Positions 58,045 to 64,000 of a stretch of 64,000 bases of DNA are shown in pieces. The position numbers and the translations under genes were made by a program. The notes beneath the pieces were generated by a model. The model was given only the letters and a program-made list of their open reading frames with translations. It searched no databases and had not been told where the DNA came from. The stretch comes from Actinomycetota bacterium (lineage in GTDB: Bacteria; Actinomycetota; Actinomycetes; Nanopelagicales; Nanopelagicaceae). How positions within the stretch are numbered: position 1 is the first letter of the stretch; each line of letters opens with the position of its first letter. The DNA is taken from positions 19-64,018 of the forward strand of contig SYEK01000013.1 in NCBI GenBank assembly GCA_005800815.1, read 5' to 3'.

Positions 58045-58341
58045 GTGAGTCAATATCAAATCATGCGCTGGCGTGATATCCCCTCAATGGTGATCGCACG
58101 GGAAGGCGAGACGACTATCAAGGTCATGCTGGCAGCACGGTTTCAAGAGGCAATTGATGAGGCGGCAATGCGCTTGGGTCAGATCGATGCCGATGCCTAT
58201 ACCGCTGGCTGGAATCGCGATCCATGGGTTGAAGCAAGTGATAGACCCGATCTTCTTGCAGCACGTATCGTTAGTGAATTAGAGAGTGATTTGAGTGCTG
58301 AAAAATTAGAGGCCTTACTTGAGAGTATGGGAGAGAAATAA
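58045..58341 (+). CDS. Small 'virulence factor' domain protein (PF13769-like) coupled to homocysteine methyltransferase
   Basis: The 57748 ORF is mostly antisense to mgtC. The real start is probably the GTG at 58045 or the ATG at 58063 (MRWRDIPSMVIAREGE...). Its stop TAA shares one nucleotide with the next ATG. Confidence 0.55.
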   Translation: MSQYQIMRWRDIPSMVIAREGETTIKVMLAARFQEAIDEAAMRLGQIDADAYTAGWNRDPWVEASDRPDLLAARIVSELESDLSAEKLEALLESMGEK

Positions 58342-59219
58342 TGTCAGCTATCTATGAGGCACTTGAAAAGGGAGTACTTACATCCGATGGTGCGATGGGA
58401 ACAATGTTGCAAGATCGTGGATTAACTGATGGTGGCGCTCCTGAACTCTGGAACGTAGATAAACCTGGCGAAATTGAGGCAGTGCTCGAGGCATATGCTG
58501 CCGCTGGTGCTCGCTTCATCACCACTAATACTTTTGGTGGCACACGTGGGCGCCTTGGGATGCATGGCCTGGAAGATCGCCTCTTTGAACTCAACAAAGC
58601 TGGTGCACAGATTGCACGCAAGGTCGCCGATCGACATCTAGGCTGTTTTGTCATGGGTGATATTGGACCATCGGGAGATTTGATGGAGCCAATGGGTACG
58701 ATGACACTCGAAAGCGGGCAGGCTCTCTTTGCCGAACAGATTAGCGGACTTGTTGCAGGCGGAATTGATGCGATTCTCATTGAGACCATGTCTGATTTGA
58801 GTGAGGTTGAGGCTGCAATCAATGCTGCAAAAGAGGTTGCACCCGATCTTCCGATCATCGCCACAATGAGTTTTGATACGAACTTGCGGACCATGATGGG
58901 TGTTAAGCCGGGAATGGCCATCACTCACCTGGCGGGATTGGGTGTTCGTATTATTGGAGCCAACTGCGGCCGGGGCACAGATGAGATGACGCTCATCGCG
59001 CAAGAGATGGTGAATGCACGCCCAGATGGCATATTTATAATTGCGCAGTCAAATGCAGGGCTACCAAAACTCCAAGGTGATGAGTTTGTCTACGATGGAA
59101 CACCAGAAGAGATGGCTAAATGGGCAGTGAAGATGAAGACTATGGGCGTCAATATCGTCGGTTCATGTTGTGGCTCATCCCCGACTCATACAGCGGCAAT
59201 TACGGCATCTATTAAGTAG
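58341..59219 (+). CDS. Homocysteine S-methyltransferase family protein (betaine-homocysteine methyltransferase-like)
   Basis: 292 aa. Pfam S-methyl_trans pattern with Zn ligands GANCG and GSCCGSSP. Confidence 0.85.
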   Translation: MSAIYEALEKGVLTSDGAMGTMLQDRGLTDGGAPELWNVDKPGEIEAVLEAYAAAGARFITTNTFGGTRGRLGMHGLEDRLFELNKAGAQIARKVADRHLGCFVMGDIGPSGDLMEPMGTMTLESGQALFAEQISGLVAGGIDAILIETMSDLSEVEAAINAAKEVAPDLPIIATMSFDTNLRTMMGVKPGMAITHLAGLGVRIIGANCGRGTDEMTLIAQEMVNARPDGIFIIAQSNAGLPKLQGDEFVYDGTPEEMAKWAVKMKTMGVNIVGSCCGSSPTHTAAITASIK

Positions 59220-59228
59220 AGGTTAGGC

Positions 59229-60137
59229 ATGAATTTCAATAGAGTCATTTTATTTTATTGCTTTGTGCCCATATCAGATCCGCAAGTAGTAAAGTTATGG
59301 CAGAAAACTCTCTGTGAGTCCCTCAACATCAAGGGACGCATTCTAATTGCCCCGCACGGAATTAACGGGACACTCGGTGGCAATATGAATGATATAAAAA
59401 AATACATCAAAAATACACGCCAATACCCTGGCTTTGAGAGAATCGACTTCAAATGGTCCAAGGGAACAGGAAATGATTTTCCTAAGTTGAGAGTCAAAGT
59501 TAAAAACGAGCTAGTGGCTTTTGGTATTCCTGATGAGATTCAAGTCCTTGAAGACGGTGTGGTCGGTGGTGGGGTGCATCTTTCCCCAGAGGAAGTCAAT
59601 AAGTTAGTACAAGAGCGTGGCGATGATGTCTTCTTTTTTGATGGCCGCAACGCATTTGAAGCCAAAATCGGTAAGTTTAAAAAAGCAGTTATCCCTGAAA
59701 GCACAACATCACGAAGTTTTGTGGCCGAGATTGAAAGTGGTAAGTACGATTATATGAAAGAAAAGCCAATCATTACTTATTGTACGGGCGGTATCCGTTG
59801 CGAGATTTTGTCAGTTATAATGAAAAACCGTGGCTTCATGGAGGTTTATCAGATCAAGGGTGGCATCATTCGCTATGGCAATGTCTTTGGTGATGATGGT
59901 CTTTGGGAGGGCTCACTCTTTACATTTGATGATCGTTTGACAATAGATTTTAGTGACCACACCAAATTAATTGGAGAGTGCGCTCACTGCAACGGCCCCA
60001 CTAAGAAGTTTAGAAACTGTCAAAAAATCGAGTGTCACAAATTAGTTTTGCTCTGCGATGCTTGCTATGAATCGCATTTAAATCGCCCATGCCAGCATGA
60101 TCAAGAGATTCAGGAAATCTACGAACTGATTGGCTAA
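59229..60137 (+). CDS. trhO: Rhodanese-domain tRNA uridine(34) hydroxylase (UPF0176/YceA family)
   Basis: 302 aa. The rhodanese active-site loop YCTGGIRCE and a C-terminal Cys-rich tail. Confidence 0.8.
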   Translation: MNFNRVILFYCFVPISDPQVVKLWQKTLCESLNIKGRILIAPHGINGTLGGNMNDIKKYIKNTRQYPGFERIDFKWSKGTGNDFPKLRVKVKNELVAFGIPDEIQVLEDGVVGGGVHLSPEEVNKLVQERGDDVFFFDGRNAFEAKIGKFKKAVIPESTTSRSFVAEIESGKYDYMKEKPIITYCTGGIRCEILSVIMKNRGFMEVYQIKGGIIRYGNVFGDDGLWEGSLFTFDDRLTIDFSDHTKLIGECAHCNGPTKKFRNCQKIECHKLVLLCDACYESHLNRPCQHDQEIQEIYELIG

Positions 60138-60563
60138 CTAAATAGTTCTGGTCTGGCGCCAGTGATAGAGATACAAAGGTGCTGCAACGGCGAAGGTGAC
60201 CAATGAGTTCAGCAGGCCTCTGACAGCACGACGTTGCTCATTTGTCTCTTGAGCTGCTAGTGCGGCCTTATCTGGTTTAACCGTATCCGTTGCATATGGG
60301 TCGATGTAGGCAGGCTCTGGTAGAGCAACACCTAAAACTCCATTAACAAAACTAATCACAGAAAAAAGAACAACCATTAAGGTAATCAAACAGACTGCAT
60401 AGAGATAGAGTGATTTCCAGTCGACTCCGATGCGCTCAGGAGTGATAACCGGTCTCTTTGCAACCGCCTTCTTTACCACAGTCTTCTTGGTTGCAGCTAT
60501 GATCTTCTCCCATCTTGAATAAGAGCATCTCTCTTTATGTAATTCTATCTGAAGGATTCTCAT
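60138..60563 (-). CDS. Hypothetical two-TM membrane protein
   Basis: 141 aa with no recognisable family. The start is uncertain because only 13 nt separate it from divergent nagA. Confidence 0.4.
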   Translation of the reverse strand: MRILQIELHKERCSYSRWEKIIAATKKTVVKKAVAKRPVITPERIGVDWKSLYLYAVCLITLMVVLFSVISFVNGVLGVALPEPAYIDPYATDTVKPDKAALAAQETNEQRRAVRGLLNSLVTFAVAAPLYLYHWRQTRTI

Positions 60564-60576
60564 TACAGGTTAAACT

Positions 60577-61686
60577 GTGAGAGTGATTATCCAAGCCAAT
60601 AGCGCGGTCATCAATCATGAACTTGTTGATTCGCTATGGGTCGAGGTGGATAGAGGAAAAATCGCTGCCCTATCCCCCGGCCTGCATCCAGCCCCACACA
60701 CTGTGCTCACCGGAACCCTCATCCCCGGCTTCATCGACATCCACTGTCATGGTGGTGGTGGCCATTACTTCTCAGCATCAAGTGATGATGAGATCAGAGC
60801 TGTGATTTCTACACACAGGGCACTTGGCACAACCGGAGTCATGGCATCACTTGTCACCGAGTCAATAGAGGATCTGAAGCAACAGATTAGGCGCTTGGTC
60901 CCGTTTTTTCATCGTAATGAGATCATAGGAGTCCATTTAGAGGGCCCCTACCTCTCACATGCACAATGTGGTGCCCATGAACCTTCGTTGCTGCGCGAGC
61001 CAGATCTAGAACAGATAAAAGAACTCTTGGTTGTGGGTGATGGAGCTATTGCAATGATCACGATGGCCCCTGAACTAAGGGGTGCGCAGGAGGCAATCAC
61101 ATACATCATCTCTCAAGGAGTTAAAGTGGCCATGGGTCACACCAATGCCGATTTCAAAGAGGCGGCGGCAGGGGCAAATGCTGGAGCAACAGTGGTTACT
61201 CACTTTATGAACGCCATGAACAAAGAGTTAAGCAGCGATAGCTTCTCCGCCTTTATCTTGGCCGATGAACGCCTCATGCCTGAATTGATTCTAGATGGTC
61301 ACCACCTTTCATTTGCGGTTGCGAGAGATATCCTTGAGACAATTGGGAGCAGGTGCATGCTCATCTCAGATGCCATGGCCGCTGCTGGCTCAATTGATGG
61401 CGATTATACGATCGGTAAATTACCCGTAATTGTGCAGGAAGGAGTCGCCCGTCTTGCACACAATAAGAGGTTGGCAGGAAGCACCTTGAGCATCTCACAG
61501 GCCTTCATAAACGCCATAGAGCACTGTGGTATCTCACTAGTAGATGCCGTTGCTCTCTCATCTACAAATCCTGCGAAGGCGATTTCGATCACTGATCGAG
61601 GCTCTATCGCTGTTGGGATGAGGGCTGATTTACTCGATTATGACAGTGCCAGACAGACTCTCACAGTTGTTAATTTGTCAGGCTGA
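60577..61686 (+). CDS. nagA: N-acetylglucosamine-6-phosphate deacetylase
   Basis: 369 aa. PGFIDIHCHGGGG, HLEGPY, HTNA, THFMNAM amidohydrolase motifs. Confidence 0.9.
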   Translation: MRVIIQANSAVINHELVDSLWVEVDRGKIAALSPGLHPAPHTVLTGTLIPGFIDIHCHGGGGHYFSASSDDEIRAVISTHRALGTTGVMASLVTESIEDLKQQIRRLVPFFHRNEIIGVHLEGPYLSHAQCGAHEPSLLREPDLEQIKELLVVGDGAIAMITMAPELRGAQEAITYIISQGVKVAMGHTNADFKEAAAGANAGATVVTHFMNAMNKELSSDSFSAFILADERLMPELILDGHHLSFAVARDILETIGSRCMLISDAMAAAGSIDGDYTIGKLPVIVQEGVARLAHNKRLAGSTLSISQAFINAIEHCGISLVDAVALSSTNPAKAISITDRGSIAVGMRADLLDYDSARQTLTVVNLSG

Positions 61687-61772
61687 CTTTGCTCAAACCT
61701 GCTGCACCTGAGAACTCCAAGGCAAATCTCTCGGTCACGATCTCATCGACAATGGTTGAGACAATCTCATCA

Positions 61773-62267
61773 TCACAAGCTGAGCCTGGCGGCAACTAGG
61801 AGATATGAGATTAACAGCTGTGCGTTATACGACTTAGTAGCCGCCACTGCCAGCCCAGGACCAGCAAGAAGAGCGATATGGTGATGAGCCGTAGCTACTA
61901 GTGGGGAGTTCAAATCATTTGTGATGGCAATCAGATAGGCCTGAGCATTGCGCGCGGCCATGGCAAACTTCACCAGATCAGGTGAGTGAGCACTTTGACT
62001 GATTGCAATGACAAGTGTGTTGGCAAAGCGCAGCCTAGAGTCATATATCCTCACCGAGGAGGGTGAGGTCTATCCAACGGGTAATCCGATCTGGGTCTCA
62101 ATCAAATACTTTAAAAAATGTGCAGCATTATCTTAGGTACCTCGAGCCAAAATAAGCACCGACTGGAATTTCTCTTGCGTCAATACATCCTCAATCGACT
62201 CAAAGGCTGACAAATCACTGAGAATATTGGAGAAAATATGTAGGGTTTGCGCGATTTCCGAAGACAT
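61773..62267 (-). pseudogene. SIS-domain sugar-phosphate isomerase/deaminase (NagB-II/AgaS-like), inactivated
   Basis: A single frame from the ATG at 62267 is interrupted by TAA (62133-62135, within ARGT*DNAAHF) and TAG (62070-62072, within PVG*TSPS). It then ends in a double TGA at 61773. The second SIS domain is absent. Motifs IAISQSAHSPD and ATKSY are present. Confidence 0.75.
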
Positions 62268-62329
62268 AACTTCCCCAAATTTCCTCACACTCCTATTATC
62301 TTATAGGAAAATAAACTATTGTTTAATCC

Positions 62330-63217
62330 ATGGTGCTTACAGTTGATTTAGGCCAATCTGGGACACGTATTCGCTTGAATGATCTCTCTATTAATAGTAG
62401 GAGAGGCAAGTTAGCTGGTGAGTTGCCACTTCCAGCATTACACGCAGTCTTTGACTCAATTCAGAGATTATCGGCCGATGTTGTCTCTCTCTCATGCACT
62501 GGCTTTGGTGGACTTGTGAGTGATCCGGCTCCCTTTGCGCTGCTGTGTCGAGAGTATTTTGGTGCTAAAGAGGTTGCAGTGATCGATGATGGTTTGGCTG
62601 GATTCATTGGAGCACTCCATGGTCGTGATGGAGTAGTCCTGTCTATCGGTGGGGGTGTTGTATCTGTTGGTGGGCGTTATGGAAAGTTTGCCCACCGTGA
62701 TGGACTCGGGAGCACCTTTGGCGATGAGGGCAGCGGATTCTGGCTTGGAAAATTGGGGATTACCAAAGCTCTTGCAGTTAGGCAAGGGCGAGAGGGTGAT
62801 ACTCGATTACTCAAAGCTTTTCAATCCCAGGTCAGTGCATATGACGCACTTGAATCGAAAAATGGTGCAGATGCTGCAACGCTAGCCATAACATCGGCGC
62901 AGACACTCTTAGATGCCGCAGATGAGGGGATTGTCACAGCGATTAAAATCCGTGACGAGGGTGCTTATTTATTAGCACAGACAGTGATTGCTACATGGCT
63001 GGGTACCAACGGTTCCAGTGATGAAGCCCCAGAGATTGCTATTCAGGGTGGACCATCAGCAAATGCGAGTTACGTCAGAGCAATTCAAAGATTTATAACT
63101 GTATCTTTACCGAACACTCGGTTTGTGGGTACCAGTGGTGATAACTTAGATGGAGCGGCCTGGATCGCAGAGAACATGCTTGAGGATGCCCCTCCACTAC
63201 TCAGGTGGGCTCGATAG
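62330..63217 (+). CDS. BadF/BadG/BcrA/BcrD-type ATPase, probable N-acetylglucosamine kinase
   Basis: 295 aa with VDLGQSGTR and GDEGSGFWLG motifs. Confidence 0.75.
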   Translation: MVLTVDLGQSGTRIRLNDLSINSRRGKLAGELPLPALHAVFDSIQRLSADVVSLSCTGFGGLVSDPAPFALLCREYFGAKEVAVIDDGLAGFIGALHGRDGVVLSIGGGVVSVGGRYGKFAHRDGLGSTFGDEGSGFWLGKLGITKALAVRQGREGDTRLLKAFQSQVSAYDALESKNGADAATLAITSAQTLLDAADEGIVTAIKIRDEGAYLLAQTVIATWLGTNGSSDEAPEIAIQGGPSANASYVRAIQRFITVSLPNTRFVGTSGDNLDGAAWIAENMLEDAPPLLRWAR

Positions 63218-63230
63218 CACTTCGCTTTTA

Positions 63231-63866
63231 CTATCTCGGTGAAGTGAGTAAGAGCGTTACTGCCAGAAAAAGTATCCCAATGGCAGAAAAAGCGGTGAGA
63301 GCACGCCGTACTTTGGGTTTGGCCAGAATAGTTGTTGCTCTACCGATAATATGAACAAGAAATGAGTACCACGACGCTGATGTGAGTGCTTGGACGATGG
63401 AGAGAAGAAAGATACCCCAACCCAAATTGAAATCTGCAGGGACAAATGCAGGGATGAAGGCGACGGCAAAGACTGCTGCTTTCACATTGGTTAAATTCGT
63501 TATCAAGCCTAGGCGAAATGCAGGCATGAAGCCAGCGGTAGTGGCTCCTTCGTAGTCGAACTTCCCAAACTCTCTGCGCAGTGACCACAGTGTCTGCAGG
63601 GCTAGAAAGGTAAGGAATGCAACACCGGTGTACTTGAGCAAGTTATAGGCAGTTTGGGATCGTGCAAATATGGCAGAGAGACCGATTGCAGATGCAGCGC
63701 CCCAGATAATCAGAGCGCCACTTGTGCCAATCAGTGTCGTATAGGCGGTCTTGGTCCCGCCAACGATTGCTTGGCGCAAGATCATGGCAACTGTCTGCCC
63801 CGGTACCAACGCCAATAAAAAGGCGGTAGCGATGAAGGCTGGAAGAACCTGAACCAGAGAGATCAT
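63231..63866 (-). CDS. LysE/RhtB family amino-acid exporter
   Basis: The real start is the ATG at 63866 (MISLVQVLPAFIATAFLLALVPGQ...). The 249-aa track ORF extends spuriously through the tRNA. Confidence 0.8.
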   Translation of the reverse strand: MISLVQVLPAFIATAFLLALVPGQTVAMILRQAIVGGTKTAYTTLIGTSGALIIWGAASAIGLSAIFARSQTAYNLLKYTGVAFLTFLALQTLWSLRREFGKFDYEGATTAGFMPAFRLGLITNLTNVKAAVFAVAFIPAFVPADFNLGWGIFLLSIVQALTSASWYSFLVHIIGRATTILAKPKVRRALTAFSAIGILFLAVTLLLTSPR

Positions 63867-63869
63867 ACG

Positions 63870-63942
63870 TAGCCCCGAAGGGATTCGAACCCTCGTAGCT
63901 GACTTGAGAAGCCAGAGTCCTAGGCCGCTAGACGACGGGGCC
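63870..63942 (-). tRNA. tRNA-Glu (anticodon CUC)
   Basis: The 73-nt reverse-strand sequence GGCCCCGTCGTCTAGCGGCCTAGGACTCTGGCTTCTCAAGTCAGCTACGAGGGTTCGAATCCCTTCGGGGCTA folds into a full cloverleaf by hand. It has a 7-bp acceptor stem with G1-U72, a D stem GTCT/GGAC, an anticodon stem CTGGC/GTCAG with loop TTCTCAA, and a T arm GAGGG-TTCGAAT-CCCTT. No encoded CCA. Confidence 0.9.
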
Positions 63943-64000
63943 GTGCCTTTTTTGGAGCTTATGTAACTAGGACAAAACATATTCAGTTGTAGAGCTGTAC

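Noticed and set aside
58352-58924. 190-aa minus-strand ORF and other antisense ORFs within the homocysteine methyltransferase gene; similar antisense ORFs exist at 11416..12190, 27782..28324 and 38628..39020
   Set aside because: All lie fully inside genes with strong family motifs on the opposite strand, and their translations are low-complexity.
1865-62135. In-frame TAG/TAA codons in the PTE, GT39-like and SIS genes as possible stop-codon recoding (pyrrolysine or an alternative genetic code)
   Set aside because: Dozens of intact neighbouring genes terminate normally at TAA, TAG and TGA. The affected genes also carry frameshifts or truncations. No pylTSBCD-like genes are present.
63231-63980. 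249-aa version of the LysE ORF
   Set aside because: Its N-terminal 38 codons read through the tRNA-Glu gene. The conserved LysE N-terminus begins at the ATG at 63866.
1-64000. CRISPR arrays, transposases or integrases, toxin-antitoxin pairs, restriction-modification or other known defence systems, prophage genes, rRNA
   Set aside because: I saw no spaced short-repeat array and no ORF with DDE, tyrosine-recombinase or serine-recombinase motifs, nuclease/methylase pairs or phage structural genes. This absence is based on reading by eye, not an exhaustive search.

Overview
Composition (estimated by eye from sampled lines) splits this 64-kb window into four blocks, so it is either a mosaic or a chimeric assembly. 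(1) 1-2,590, about 68% GC: a truncated ABC ATPase, an intact SelA-like PLP enzyme and a decayed phosphotriesterase-family gene. (2) 2,590-6,065, about 52% GC: only broken gene remnants (GT39-like C-terminal domain, MFS transporter, PanE N-terminus). This block is bracketed by two copies of a bipartite ~300-bp direct repeat that sit on the compositional joints. (3) 6,065-18,700, about 40% GC: a 6-deoxyhexose (L-rhamnose/L-fucose type) uptake and non-phosphorylative oxidation cluster. It has a sugar ABC transporter, RhaM mutarotase, an enolase-superfamily dehydratase, an SMP-30 lactonase, five SDRs and an MmgE/PrpD-family protein. (4) 18,700-64,000, about 50% GC: tightly packed DNA that looks like a streamlined actinobacterium (mycoredoxin, apparently leaderless genes, many ATGA start/stop overlaps). 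Block 4 encodes an ACAD + phosphotransferase pair (4-hydroxyacyl-CoA type). It also encodes a heliorhodopsin flanked by a thiol-redox trio and an unknown co-directional gene, and a secreted PHM/DBH-like copper monooxygenase. It further contains a UbiA-esterase fusion, a copper amine oxidase and a large choline / glycine betaine island. That island has a ProVWX-type transporter, BetA, BetB, a non-Pyl MttB-family methyltransferase with corrinoid protein, methyl-THF methyltransferase, a RACE-type reactivase, DUF1638, MetV-like/MetF, Fhs, EtfAB, dimethylglycine dehydrogenase, a BHMT-like enzyme and IclR and GntR regulators. The remainder is a nag cluster with a dead SIS gene, a LysE exporter and tRNA-Glu(CUC). 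I saw no CRISPR array, transposase, integrase, toxin-antitoxin pair or recognisable defence system. The best leads are the repeat-bracketed junction region, the heliorhodopsin neighbourhood, the corrinoid-dependent betaine demethylation module next to two other demethylation routes, and the Cu-monooxygenase / UbiA-esterase pair.
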